In this document: positions 13,321 through 27,340 of the stretch, piece after piece
Layout: each line of letters begins with the position of its first letter
How positions within the stretch are numbered: position 1 is the stretch's first letter
Assembly (NCBI RefSeq): GCF_001194135.2
Contig: NC_068982.1
Location: 58,902,321 to 58,966,303 of the forward strand
Length of the DNA stretch: 63,983 bases
Source of the DNA: Octopus bimaculoides
Lineage: Eukaryota
Direction of reading: 5' to 3'
The notes under the pieces: generated by a model
What the model was told of the DNA's origin: nothing
Databases searched by the model: none
The model's input: only the letters and a program-made list of their open reading frames with translations
Program-made: the position numbers and the translations under genes

Positions 13321-14164
13321 GCGGTAAGTAGTTAACGTGTGATGCAGAGTAGCAACAGACCTGGAACACCTGTTGAACACCGCTTCAACTCGCATGGTTA
13401 TTTTCATCAACGTCTTAATTATTTTTCTTCTCGAACGCCACTGTTCTACAGTTCCTTCGAGGACAATGGCTATTTTTTTCCAATTGGAATCAATAATCGA
13501 TTGAATTTCCATCCAAATTCACACTATTTGAATCTTCTTTCTACTTGCTCACACATACATGATGGTATGTTCACACAAGCTTGTCTACTTATTCTTTCGT
13601 TTTTTTATTTTTTGTTTGTTTCTACTCGCTTACACATGCATACATATTTCCACAATTTGATCAAACCACCTGCTGACAAATACGTAACGCTACTCATATT
13701 ACCAACGCAACCTGATCCACTCCTTAATTCTCTATTCGTCCTCAACAACCTTTTAACCCTCCTCTATTACATTCTTCTTTACTAGAAATCACATACTCAT
13801 AGACACTTTATTTTTGCTATTAGTACTCATGTTTGTTCAATAACGCACATAAAACCTTTTCCTCTAACTTCGCTATATATTTTTCTTTTTTATCGTGGTA
13901 AAGAGCTCCTTGCTTGAAATCTTAATACCGCTTTCTTTTCCTCATAATAAGATCTATATTATCTTTATCGGTTCAGACCACCGACTAAAGTTTTTGGTTG
14001 TCTTTTCAGTATATTATTAAGTCTATGAGTTATTAAGGGGAACAAAAATTCCATTAAAAAAACACAAAAAACAAAAACAGTCGCCGTTTGCGTTGTGGTG
14101 GAAAATATCGAACTGGCTGTAAAAGGATTTTGAGAAGTACGTGATGGGGGCAATTCTTCGGCTG

Positions 14165-14735
14165 TTGATGATGGTAGTGTTATTTTTTGTAGTGATGGAG
14201 TTGATTGCAGTGGTGGTGCTAATGGTGATGGTGATAACGATCGTGATGTCAGAGATGGTGATGATGAAGCTGACGATGATGGTGGAGAAGATCGGGGTAG
14301 CGATAATGGTGCCGTTGTGAGTGATGATGGTGGTGGTGGTGGGTGATGAGTGTGGTGATGGTGACAAATGTGGTGCTGATGGTGTTGGTGGTGGTGCTGA
14401 TGGTGTTGGTGGTGGTGCTGATAGTGACAGAGACAGTGATACTTCTAATGGTGGAAGCGATGGTAACGGCGGTGTTAGTGTTGGTAGCGAAGTGGTGAGA
14501 ATGCGCGTTGGTGATAATGGAAAGGGAGAGGGTGACAGTCATAGTAATAGCGCTGATGCTGATGATGGAAATGATGACGAAGGTGACGGAGTGATGATGG
14601 TAACTTTGAGAGCAATAGTGAAAAGAGTGACGGTGGTGGTGGTGAAGAAAGAGATTTTGGTGGTGGAGGTGTTGCTAATGGTGATAGTTGAGGTACTGGT
14701 GCCTCTAGTGATGGCAGTTATTGGCCAGAGGTGCT
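14165..14735. repeat. GGT/GAT-rich low-complexity tract
   Basis: Degenerate (GGT)n/(GAT)n; includes an 18-bp unit ggtgctgatggtgttggt repeated twice. Confidence 0.85.
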
Positions 14736-15034
14736 AGTAAGTGTGAAAGTTGAGTATAAAGTCAAAACAAGAAGGAATTGCTCGCGTGGAAGTCTAAAAA
14801 TGGACGGTGATATAGATTTCATCTGTTTATTCTGTTTAATTTAACAAACAGTTTGGTCAAATATTGGGTTTTGATCAAAATCTATTGATTCTCTAAAATA
14901 CCTTCATTCCTTCTTAGTTTTAACTTCTCACACACACACACACTCTCTCTCTCTCTCTTTCACTCTTTGCATGTATGTATGCATCTGTCTATCTATCTAT
15001 CTATCTATCTACCTGCCTGCCTGTCTATCTACCG

Positions 15035-15079
<45 letters not shown>

Positions 15080-15080
<1 letters not shown>

Positions 15081-15310
15081 TATCACACACGCGTGCGGAC
15101 TATCTGCTCCTTCCTCCTTTCCCCCTTCTCTAGGCTTTTTTTCTTTTATTCGACAAAGATGCATGCTCGAAACGTCATTTTTACTCCTATTTTTTCATCT
15201 AAACATTTCACTGAGCGCAATCTAATACATTCACTGTGTACGCCCAATTGACTTTTGTTTTCCCCTGTGTCCTTTCGTCTTGGTCTCCCACCCCCACACG
15301 TCTTTTTCAT
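15080..15310 (+). mobile_element. Short repeat related to 51700-51850, with a degenerate hammerhead-like core
   Basis: Shares catgctcgaaacgtca...ctaatacattcac(t/c)gtgtacg(c/t)cc..ttgactt with 51752-51832. Confidence 0.55.
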
Positions 15311-15485
15311 CTTTCCGCCTTGAGAAATTTTAGTTAAACAAATCAACCCCGGCATTTATATTTTTAAGCCTGGTACTTTTTCTATCGATCTCTTTTGCTG
15401 AACACTAGATCATGGGGATGCAAGCACACGAAAACCGGTCGTCAAGTAGTGATGACGACAAAAACAGACACAAAGACACACTCAC

Positions 15486-15518
<33 letters not shown>

Positions 15519-16063
15519 NNNNNNNNNNNNNNNNNNNNNNNNNNNNNNNNNNNNNNNNNNNNNNNNNNNNNNNNNNNNNNNNNNNNNNNNNNNNNNNNNN
15601 NNNNNNNNNNNNNNNNNNNNNNNNNNNNNNNNNNNNNNNNNNNNNNNNNNNNNNNNNNNNNNNNNNNNNNNNNNNNNNNNNNNNNNNNNNNNNNNNNNNN
15701 NNNNNNNNNNNNNNNNNNNNNNNNNNNNNNNNNNNNNNNNNNNNNNNNNNNNNNNNNNNNNNNNNNNNNNNNNNNNNNNNNNNNNNNNNNNNNNNNNNNN
15801 NNNNNNNNNNNNNNNNNNNNNNNNNNNNNNNNNNNNNNNNNNNNNNNNNNNNNNNNNNNNNNNNNNNNNNNNNNNNNNNNNNNNNNNNNNNNNNNNNNNN
15901 NNNNNNNNNNNNNNNNNNNNNNNNNNNNNNNNNNNNNNNNNNNNNNNNNNNNNNNNNNNNNNNNNNNNNNNNNNNNNNNNNNNNNNNNNNNNNNNNNNNN
16001 NNNNNNNNNNNNNNNNNNNNNNNNNNNNNNNNNNNNNNNNNTATATATATATATATATATATA

Positions 16064-16092
16064 TATGCTAACGATTCTGCGAGCTCGCTGCC

Positions 16093-16133
<41 letters not shown>

Positions 16134-16345
16134 TTCTACTAAAAGCACAAGGCCTCGAATTTGGGGAGAGGGGGACTAATCGATTACATTGACCCCACTG
16201 TTTCACTGATACTTATTTTATCGACTACGAAAGGAAGAAAGGCAAAGTCGATCTCGGCAGAATTTGAATTCAGAACGTGAAGAGACGAAATGCCGCTAAG
16301 CATTTTGCCCAGCGTGCTTACTATTCTGCCCGTTCACCGAATAAC
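16064..16345 (-). mobile_element. SINE family C full copy plus an extra head fragment across a (TAA)n tract
   Basis: Reverse-complement core aggaagaaaggcaaagtcgatctcggcagaatttgaattcagaacg; heads near 16064-16092 and 16290-16345. Confidence 0.8.
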
Positions 16346-16367
16346 AACATCAACAACAACAACAACA

Positions 16368-16418
<51 letters not shown>

Positions 16419-16483
16419 GGAATCAACCTCCTTGTTCGACCTCCTCTTCTTCATTATCATCATCGTTTTCTTCCACTTCTTCT

Positions 16484-16525
<42 letters not shown>

Positions 16526-17482
16526 AACTACTACTACTACTACCCTCCTTTTGCTGAAGCAAAGATATGTTGTGTTGATAACAGGAGACAATTTATCTCG
16601 GCTGACGACGCCTTCCGCCATAATGAAATTATGCGTCAGGTCGTGGAAGACTTTTCTCTCAGTCTTCAATGAAGGATGACAATAAAGCGACTCGCAAATT
16701 AACAAACCACAATGCCATATTGTGTTTATCTGTTATTGTTGGTTTATAAATTACTTGGATGTGTGTATATGTATATCTGTACGTGCGTGTGTATGTATAT
16801 ATTTGTATGTATGAATGTATATATGTCCATGTGTTTGCATGCATGTTGTACATATGTGTGTGTGTGTATGCATGTATTTATGCAACTATATACAAACACA
16901 CACATTCATGCGTGTGCGTGTGTGTAAATGCATGTGCGTATATATATAAGTGTGCATATGCGTGTGTATATATGTTTTTATCTATGCATCTTTATATGTC
17001 TGAATGTGTGTGTGAGCATAAATCTACGAACACATGTGTATATAAATATTTTCATCTGTGTGTGCAATCATGTAAGAACAGACATACACACACAAACGCA
17101 CATACATACACACACATGTATTGGTGCAAAACCGTTCTTCTTTGACTAACCAAGAATTCCTGAATATATGGTAACGGAAATAAATTGAATTATTGCAGAT
17201 TACTTCTGATGAATTTCTCCAAGAAAACATGGAAAAGTGACATTGGAAGTTATTTTCGCTTATTATTCGTTAGATTTGTCAAAGATGAACATTATTATTT
17301 CAGCTATAGAGGTCGCGCTGCACACATTGTGACAACAGTAATTTCTGGAAGCGTTTAATCAAAGTTATTGATATTTTGTTTGAAATTCTTCTTTGGATAA
17401 CAAATCGATGGGGATTGCTTATGATAGATTTTCTTGTTATTATTGTTGTTGTTGTTCATGTTCTTCTTAACTTTCTAACCTT

Positions 17483-17691
17483 TTACTTGTGTCAGTCATT
17501 AGGCTGAGGCCATACCGGAGCACCGACTTGAAATTTTTTTAGTAGAACGAATCGACCCCAGTACTTAGTTTTTTTTTTTTTAAGTCTGGTACTTATTCTA
17601 TCGGCTCCCTATTGCCGAACCGCTATGTTACAGGAACGTAAACACACCAACGCCAATTGTCAAGCGCTGACGGGGGACAAACACAGACACA

Positions 17692-17700
<9 letters not shown>
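17483..17700 (-). mobile_element. SINE family A, 3' module (5' part lost in N gap)
   Basis: cttttacttgtgtcagtcatt...ggtacttattctatcgg...gccgaaccgct...tgtcaagcg...ggggacaaacacagacacac. Confidence 0.8.
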
Positions 17701-17754
<54 letters not shown>

Positions 17755-18592
17755 NNNNNNNNNNNNNNNNNNNNNNNNNNNNNNNNNNNNNNNNNNNNNN
17801 NNNNNNNNNNNNNNNNNNNNNNNNNNNNNNNNNNNNNNNNNNNNNNNNNNNNNNNNNNNNNNNNNNNNNNNNNNNNNNNNNNNNNNNNNNNNNNNNNNNN
17901 NNNNNNNNNNNNNNNNNNNNNNNNNNNNNNNNNNNNNNNNNNNNNNNNNNNNNNNNNNNNNNNNNNNNNNNNNNNNNNNNNNNNNNNNNNNNNNNNNNNN
18001 NNNNNNNNNNNNNNNNNNNNNNNNNNNNNNNNNNNNNNNNNNNNNNNNNNNNNNNNNNNNNNNNNNNNNNNNNNNNNNNNNNNNNNNNNNNNNNNNNNNN
18101 NNNNNNNNNNNNNNNNNNNNNNNNNNNNNNNNNNNNNNNNNNNNNNNNNNNNNNNNNNNNNNNNNNNNNNNNNNNNNNNNNNNNNNNNNNNNNNNNNNNN
18201 NNNNNNNNNNNNNNNNNNNNNNNNNNNNNNNNNNNNNNNNNNNNNNNNNNNNNNNNNNNNNNNNNNNNNNNNNNNNNNNNNNNNNNNNNNNNNNNNNNNN
18301 NNNNNNNNNNNNNNNNNNNNNNNNNNNNNNNNNNNNNNNNNNNNNNNNNNNNNNNNNNNNNNNNNNNNNNNNNNNNNNNNNNNNNNNNNNNNNNNNNNNN
18401 NNNNNNNNNNNNNNNNNNNNNNNNNNNNNNNNNNNNNNNNNNNNNNNNNNNNNNNNNNNNNNNNNNNNNNNNNNNNNNNNNNNNNNNNNNNNNNNNNNNN
18501 NNNNTTTAGCGATCACTGAAACTGATAGAAATAGGAGCCAAATGTTCCTCAAATCACACCTTATCACCTGGGAAAACAACTGGGCATGAGTG

Positions 18593-18634
<42 letters not shown>

Positions 18635-19492
18635 AATATACGGTGTATATATGTTGAATCCTGGGAACATGCCTAAATAAAAAATAAAAAATGCTTGATC
18701 ATAAGTCTTCTAGATTGTGGGTAAGATGGCTTAAATATCAACAACCCAACAGCAACAGCAACAGCTGCAGCAACAACAACAAAAACAACACCAGTAGCAG
18801 TTGCAATAATATCTCCAAACCATCTGTTCACATCAGTTACTAAAAGACCTTGAATCTTTGGTCTGCTGTCATGTGATGTTCTTTCCATCTCCTTCTGCTT
18901 TTCCTACCTTTGATGTAAACTATTGCCCTCCCTCCCTATTTTTCTTCTACCCTGACTAAACATGCACCTTTACCTGTCAAACTAATTCGTACAGCCATTT
19001 TTAATCTCACATAATTTCACACTTATATAATCAGGAAAGATTCCATTTTGCTCCAGCACATCAACCTATGTTTTGGTTACAAGATTAAAGAAGAATGATT
19101 GCTACATTATTCTACTTCATATTGGCTCCTTAGAAATTATAGCAGAGATACTTCGCTACCAATTTTAAACAACTAACTTTAGGCAAATAACAATTCAACA
19201 GAACACTTAAGGAGTTAAGATTAGCAAATTATTTGTATATTATAGGACTAGAAAATAGGTCGTGGATAACGATCGGCATGCAACAAAAGGTCGGTATTAA
19301 CATACTCAATGTAATGAACCAAGACATTTTAATCGATTGAAACTGATTAAAAATGTAATATGAGCAATGCAACGAAGAATGAGTCTGATTTTAGTGGTAG
19401 AGTTCACAATGTTTCAGTTTTATTAAACTTTTTCAGCGAAGTATTATCTTTGATATGTGTGTGTGTGTATATATATATATATGTATATATAT

Positions 19493-19665
19493 ATATGATC
19501 GCTAAATCCACAAGTTTTTTAATTCTCTATTTATTTTCTCTTATTCCTTTCTGTTGAAAAGCGTAGGCTCAAAAAGTAAAAGACTTTTTCACTTTCCCGA
19601 GCATCAAACTAATACACCTGCTTGTTGTTCATACACCTGTCTTCGTCTTTTGTTTTTCAACTATG
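19493..19665 (+). mobile_element. Short microsatellite-flanked repeat with hammerhead-like core (Penelope pLTR-like)
   Basis: Homologous to 35485-35670 (-); contains cttt-ctgttga-a-aagc-gtag-gctc-aaaa-agta-aaag. Confidence 0.6.
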
Positions 19666-19879
19666 TGTGTGTGTGTGTGTTTTGTTTTATATTTTCATAA
19701 AAAAGAAAACTAGGAATACAAATTAAGGCAAAGAACCCGATATATAATTTCAAATGGAAATATTTGTTTCTTGAGAGAATGGCTCTCAGCACCGACCGAC
19801 CTTAACACTATTGTATAGGAATACTCTAACGAAGAAAAACTAAACGGTTTGGAATGAATCAGACTCTACCAGCCTTCTT

Positions 19880-20060
19880 GAAGTCGGCGAATTCGAAGAG
19901 TCGTTAGAACATAGGATGACGTGCGTTGTGGTATATACACTGGCTTCTTGCATTCTGAGTTTAAATCATGCCGAGATCAACATTGCTTTCCCCCGGGGCC
20001 GATGGATAAATTATCAGCATCAGGCAGTGGATTAGCAGAATCGTTATATCGTTGGACGTG
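19880..20060 (+). mobile_element. Degenerate SINE family C copy followed by a second head
   Basis: gagtcgttagaac...cattctgagtttaaatcatgccgagatcaacattgctttc...aggcagtggattagcagaatcgtt. Confidence 0.5.
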
Positions 20061-20379
20061 ATGTCTTGTACTATATGTCTAAAATCATTTCAATTCGTAT
20101 GGCGTTGTGACTTAAGTTCTCGAGAAAGTTGTACATAAAATCCCTTTTCGTGCAGTGGAAAGATTGACATAACTTTTCAATATTTTCCATGTTTTGTTCA
20201 GAAAGGACACACAAAAATATTTCATTATAAAAAAACGAATTTGTCCGAAACGTTTCGGAAACTCCTTTATAACCGCATACCAAGCTAAGAAATTTTATTT
20301 ACAACATAAACAAATACAATTTTCAGCAAAGTACGCCATTACTAGTTTCCTTGGTGAAGGCATATGTTTATGTGCATAG

Positions 20380-20406
20380 GTGTGTATACATAAATATATG
20401 TATGTA

Positions 20407-20464
<58 letters not shown>

Positions 20465-20519
20465 CAGACATATATAATAATAAAAGAACAAGTATCATAC
20501 ATAAGACTATATATATATG

Positions 20520-20563
<44 letters not shown>

Positions 20564-20820
20564 GTATGTATCATGCATACATATATATATATTCATATAC
20601 ATACACAATACATACATACGTACATACATACAAATAAAAGTTGAGCAATATACAAAATCTAGCAAGCAGAAAGGCGAGAAATTGCAGGAGAGATGACTGT
20701 TTTGATGTATTGGATCTCATCAACCACATGTACGTTTAACCTGAAGCTACGAGAAAAGTGAAAAGGGAACATGTATGTATGTATATATATGCGTTATGTA
20801 TAATATATGTACGTACGTAC

Positions 20821-20868
<48 letters not shown>

Positions 20869-21615
20869 CAAAGAGAGAGAAAGATGGCGGTGTAAGGCAG
20901 ATGGTGAGACATATTAGGTCGAAGCAGTGGACTGTCACACTATTTCTCAACATGGGTCTTGTTCAGCAATTTATTAACCATTATACACATACAGTATTTG
21001 TACATTATACAAACATACATATATGGATAGAAACAAACATACATACTTACATACATATATATATATCATGTACTGATTATTTATACGCATATATATATAC
21101 ATATGTGGATATATATATATGTGCATACATAAATATATGTATATATTTATATGCACACATACATATATATATATTAAAACATTTATATGCACACATACAT
21201 ATATATATATTAAAACATGTATACACACACACACACACACACACACAGACATATGTATGCATGTGTATATATATATACGTATATTATGTATTTGTATATA
21301 TATGTATATATACATATGCATGCATATATATACATATATATGCATGTATATGTAAATATACATGCATGTATATATATATATACATATATGCATATAAATA
21401 TAAATATATATATATACATATATATACATGTATGTATATATACATATATATGTATACATATATATGTATATATATGTATGTATATATGTATATATATATT
21501 TGTGCACGTATATATATGTAAATATATATATACACATATATATATACATATATATACAAGTATGTATATATACATATATATATGCATGTCTATATATATA
21601 CATATGCATGCATGC

Positions 21616-21653
<38 letters not shown>

Positions 21654-21665
21654 ATATAGCTATAC

Positions 21666-21728
<63 letters not shown>

Positions 21729-21934
21729 TACACATACACATATATATATACATACATATATGTATACCTTATTAGGCAGATATATGCATATACATACATA
21801 AATGTCAATATATACATATGTACCCAAACGCGCATGATATATATATATGTATACAAAAGAAAAGAAGGGTATGGACACAATGAACGTGATAGCACACGTT
21901 ACACATACGTACTCGTATACATACACAAAACACC

Positions 21935-21998
<64 letters not shown>

Positions 21999-23163
21999 TA
22001 TCTCTCCGTCCATCCACTGACACAACACCAACATGCACCATATTTAAGTAGGACCCATGTTATCCAGCCTTCAGATGCTAATCTTCTCCGTTCTTGATAG
22101 TTTAGCCAGAAGCTATAGACCTGCATATTTTTGTCATTCACTTTTCTGAATGTGATCAAATGATACCATGCATACTCTAATGGATTCATCTCCCTTTAGC
22201 CTGCTCTTTAATATCTTTCATCAAAACTCCTTAAATAGAATTTTCTTCTCGCGTGCACTGCACACTCTCTCTCTGTCTATCTGCCTGTTTCTCTCTCTCT
22301 CTCTCTCCATTATAGATGTAAGTATGTACATACACGTATGTATATATGCATATATATACATATATATATATATGTATGTGTATGAGTATGTATATATATA
22401 TATATATATATATCATACATATATGTATATACATATACATAATACATGCATATATATATATATATACCTATACTTATCTATGTATGTTTATATGCATATA
22501 TATATACATATATACACATACATACCTATGTATGTTTACATACATATATATATACACATATACTTATCTATGTATGATTACATATATACATACGTATATA
22601 TATTTATATATACACGTGTGTGTGTACGTTTATTTATATATATATATACACATATGCATATATATATATATGTATATATATANNNNNNNNNNNNNNNNNN
22701 NNNNNNNNNNNNNNNNNNNNNNNNNNNNNNNNNNNNNNNNNNNNNNNNNNNNNNNNNNNNNNNNNNNNNNNNNNNNNNNNNNNNNNNNNNNNNNNNNNNN
22801 NNNNNNNNNNNNNNNNNNNNNNNNNNNNNNNNNNNNNNNNNNNNNNNNNNNNNNNNNNNNNNNNNNNNNNNNNNNNNNNNNNNNNNNNNNNNNNNNNNNN
22901 NNNNNNNNNNNNNNNNNNNNNNNNNNNNNNNNNNNNNNNNNNNNNNNNNNNNNNNNNNNNNNNNNNNNNNNNNNNNNNNNNNNNNNNNNNNNNNNNNNNN
23001 NNNNNNNNNNNNNNNNNNNNNNNNNNNNNNATATATATATATAATATATATATATATTACTCATTACTCACACAAACATGTATATGTTTATACAGATGTA
23101 CGATTACATTGTATGTATGTGCATATAAATAATTATATATATGTGTGCGTGTGTGTGTGTGTT

Positions 23164-23197
<34 letters not shown>

Positions 23198-23200
23198 TTC
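20380..23200. repeat. Extended compound (TA)n/(CA)n/(TG)n/(TATG)n low-complexity field with N gap
   Basis: Direct reading; source of many YIYI/HTHT pseudo-ORFs. Confidence 0.9.
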
Positions 23201-23798
23201 GTGCGTTCGTGTGCGCGCGGGCATGTGTGCCTATATATTCGTTGTCACTGAGATGCCAGCTGCCTCCGTTTGGAATTTTATCGGTTCATTTACCCTGACT
23301 GTCCATGTATATCCTGTACGTCTGTCTGACTGTCCAACTATGCCTGGCTTGTGTATTTGACTTTTATCTAACTATCGTTTCATCTCCCTTTCTCTCACAT
23401 ATACTAATACACGCTCATACACACAGTTACTCTCCTTTTCACTCTCCCCCTCTCTCTCTCGCTTTCTATTTCATCTCTTCCTTTCCTTTCTAACTCTTGT
23501 CTTTTTGTCTGTGTATTCATCTCTTTTCCAGGATTTCTGTCAGCCATATTAGTCTGATTTTTCGTGTCATAAAAATGTCCTTAATCTCGTCCATTCTTTT
23601 CTTTCCCTTCCTTACTCTCTCACGCACACTCTTTGCCTCCCTGTGTGTCTCTGTATGTGTATCTTTCTATTTCTGTCCTTCTTTTCGTATATCTGTCAGC
23701 CATGTTACCATGTCTTACGGAATACAGTCATTATTCCCTTTCCTCTCTTTCCCCCTTCGTCTCTCCCTCCCTATCTATCTACATACCTATCTACATAC

Positions 23799-23844
<46 letters not shown>

Positions 23845-23990
23845 GCCTATCTATCTATCTATATATCTATCACACTATCTCTCTCATACCTAATGTTCGC
23901 CTACATTGTCGCCTGTTTGCTAAGGCGGCCGATCATCCTGTTGATTATATGTGTTAACTCTATGTGCTTCAAGTTAATATATCATACACA

Positions 23991-24058
<68 letters not shown>

Positions 24059-25355
24059 TATATGCTGCGAACGAGAAAGCGAGGGTTTTGGGTGACGGAT
24101 GAGGTGAGTAAGTGAAGTAGGACATCTCCCATATTTCCCTCCAGAGATCATATACCCCTAATTGTTTTAGAGTCAGGCTATAAATGTTTTCTTTAAAAAG
24201 AAAATTTATTTATATGTTCAGATGCTTTGTCACATATCACAACGTTAGCATATAATATCTACATCTCTGCCCCCACCACCACTACACACACACATGCATA
24301 CACACATGTGTACAAATACACAAACGCATGTGCAAATACACGTACACGTATTGAGATTGCTTTTACTAATCTGGAAGTCAACAATGATGACGCATCCTCA
24401 CCTATTCTGTCCATCTCTGTCCGCCATTGCACTTCATAAAAATTAGCACATGGAAGTCGACATTTTGTTTTGCTTCCATTACGATCAATTCGAGAAAAAG
24501 CTTGAACACCGCACATAAGAGAAATTCATACAGGTACTGACACATTCTACTCTTTTACCTTCTGCGTGCCGCATTTGTTTTTCAGGGGTTAGCGGCTGTG
24601 GTTTTCCTTACCAAAGACCGAAAACTGATGATATTTTTTTTTTTTTTTGCCTCTGGAAATATGCAACAGTGAATTGCTGTAGTTATGTTCTATTTACAGT
24701 TTGCTGCGTTAGTATCTTGTTCTCGCTTCTGGATTTACCTTAGAGGTACAGGACCCATTTCATCCCCAAGCAGAAGGCTGGTTCACATGGCATCAGAACA
24801 TGTCTATCACCGATAATACGGTGGGAGACATATCTAAGGATCATCCCTCCTTCTCCTTCTTTAAGTTTTGTATTCTTTTCTTAACCACAAGACCATTTTC
24901 TGCTGACTCATAACTGGGGCCCTTGACAGGCACTGCTATCCTTGTCCAGAGTGAACCGGGGAGTATTAACAACTAAGGTGTAAGCTCATGCTCCCCAAAA
25001 CTCCTTGAACTGCAGTTGGGGCCTCCATACCAGATGCAGTAGAACGAAAAGCAGAACTAACGAGGGAGCCCTTACATAACGAACTCAACCTACTGAAATA
25101 ACCCGCCTCAATGAACAGGAGACATTAATTAATGTCTGCATACCTCTAAAAGCCGCGATGGTTATGGTTGGACTGTCTAAGATCATAAGTTTGCTCAATG
25201 AAGGTTGACATGGGAGTAAGCAACAATAACACGCCTGTAGAATTATAGTCCTATTACAATATGATACCAATACTATTACATCACTACACTATCACTGTAG
25301 AATATTACACCAATACATTCCCCTATTACAATTCTACTCTACTACATCTCTAAAT

Positions 25356-25699
25356 GTTGAAGGCGATTGGCTCAGTGGTTAGAGAGTCGGGTCCACAATC
25401 ATGAGGTAGTGAGTTCGATTCTCGGACTGGGCTGTGTGTTGTGTTCTTGAGCAAGACACTTTATTTCACGTTGCTCCACTTCACTCACCTATAGAAATGA
25501 GTTGCAACGTTACTTAGTGCCAAGATGTATTGGCCTTTGCCTTTCCCATGGGTAACATCAGTGGTGTGGAGAGGGGAGGCTGGTATGCATGGGCGACTGC
25601 TGGTCTTCCATAAACAACCTTGTCCGGGCTTTCCCTCGGGGGTGTAACTTTCTGGTTGCAATCCTATGGTCATCCCTGACTGAAGGAGGTTTTTACCCT
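25356..25699 (+). mobile_element. SINE family D (CORE-like tRNA SINE), full length, 13-bp TSD
   Basis: A-box tggctcagtgg, B-box gagttcgattc, CORE-like gtgttcttgagcaagacactt; TSD tacatctctaaat (25343-25355) / tacatcactaaat (25700-25712). Confidence 0.88.
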
Positions 25700-26586
25700 T
25701 ACATCACTAAATAGCATATCTATGCAAGTGTACCCGTCCCGATTTTGTTTCTTCATAACTTTCAGAATTATGGACATTGTCAATGAAGTTTTCTACAAGT
25801 ACCCACCAGGTGGTATAGATTTCGATTATATCGAATTTGTGATGGAAAGTTTTTTCGTAGGTGGGGAAAGAGTTTCGAATAATTTACTCAAGTCGACTTT
25901 GTTTCCTCATAACTTTTAGAAAAATTGGCATATTTTAATAAAATATTCTACAAATTTCTTTCAGATGGTGGAAATTGCGATTAAATAGAATTTAATGTTG
26001 AAAAGAAAAACTGGTGAGCGCACACGTATACATACTAACACACCTCACATAATTTTTTAAAATTTCAAATCTCATTTTATAGATATACATATATGTGATG
26101 TGTGTCAGAATGCATGTGTATGAACTAACAAATTAAAAGATTTTTTACGTTAAATTGCAATATAATCGTAATCTACATGATCTGAAAAGTATTTGTAAAA
26201 AAATTTATTATAAAATACCTATGTTCCTGTAAGCTATGAGGAAACAAAGTTCGTATAGGTATGCCATCAACATTATTAAACCTCTAGAATATCATCCTAC
26301 TACCTTATTACATCAGTCATAGCGTCACAGTTATCAAGTAGAGAGGAAGATGGTAACACTTGGGAAGTCTTTCATCATAGGTTTATTCAGTCATTGCTGA
26401 CCTGAGACTAACCAATAATATTGTCTTAATGGTGAAAAACTAAATAAATACGAGATAATTTGTGAGCCATCCCCTGTTCTTTCTACTATTGTTTCATACT
26501 TCCTATCTCTTCACCTCTTACACTTTCACACTTGTTCTCTTTCATTTGCTGCTCATTTCTGTTCTACTTTTCCTTTTTATCTAAAT

Positions 26587-26921
26587 CAGTGGTTCTCAGC
26601 TGGTGAACCCTTATGGGTTCATATAAGATTTCGGAGGGGTCCACTCTTGCGAAATAGTAAAATGGGGATTCACAGTAGTATGAAAAGAAGTCCATGAAAA
26701 GTTTTGATTTAAATGTGTTTAATGCAAGAAACGGTTAGCTTTCTTTCTCTGGCATTTTACATAGATCAGCCGACACAAGTGAATGAGTGACTATCAAAAT
26801 AGGAATTATGAAAACGATATCTATAAAATTAGTTTTTTAAACACCAAATATCTATGAAGGTCCACGAGAATAAAGTAGCAAGTAAAGGGGTCTATAGATA
26901 CAAAATGGTTGAGATCTACTG
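26587..26921. mobile_element. hAT MITE, same family as 5016-5364
   Basis: TIRs cagtggttctcag ... ttgagatctactg; TSD atctaaat / gtccaaat (6/8); shared internal ttcatataagattt and ggggtctatagata...aaatggttgaga. Confidence 0.78.
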
Positions 26922-27185
26922 GTCCAAATGATTAATTTCATTACGACAGAAGCCATACTGAGAAGATAGTTCGATAGGTATTACTGACTTCGAACTTAGA
27001 CAAAGGACTAACATTTTAGGTGAGGATTATAGTCGTTTATATGGATCTAAATTGTTGACTGCCACCTATTTCATCAAGCCGGAAACGATGAAAGAAGCTA
27101 TCAACCACAACAAGATTTGAACTTCAATATAAAGGTTCTTAACATATTCATCAGGCACAAACCACATATAATCACGGAACAGTAC

Positions 27186-27223
<38 letters not shown>

Positions 27224-27293
27224 CATGCATACACAGTCGGACGGATAGAGATAGATAGGTATATNNNNNNNNNNNNNNNNNNNNNNNNNNNNN

Positions 27294-27340
<47 letters not shown>

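Noticed and set aside
12964-13785. ORFs of 182 aa (-) and 148 aa (+)
   Set aside because: They run through a SINE C copy and AT-rich sequence; no recognisable domain.
14023-14737. Gly/Asp/Val- or Thr/His-rich ORFs
   Set aside because: Degenerate (GGT/GAT)n is open in several frames on both strands; no splice or domain evidence.
22040-22200. Minus-strand [10 protein letters not shown] resembling a Tc1/maT NPxxxxW motif
   Set aside because: The SPD part is missing and the rest of the alignment is too weak.
20775-23298. Long ORFs of 130-376 aa ([12 protein letters not shown]-rich)
   Set aside because: Translations of (TA)/(CA)/(TG) microsatellites and N gaps; no coding signal. The same applies to ORFs near 15.4-18.6, 33.4, 40.4, 41.3-42.0, 50.6 and 53.9 kb.
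24505-24535. HKR(I)HTG-like C2H2 zinc-finger linker
   Set aside because: Needs a frameshift and there is no upstream CxxC; probably chance.
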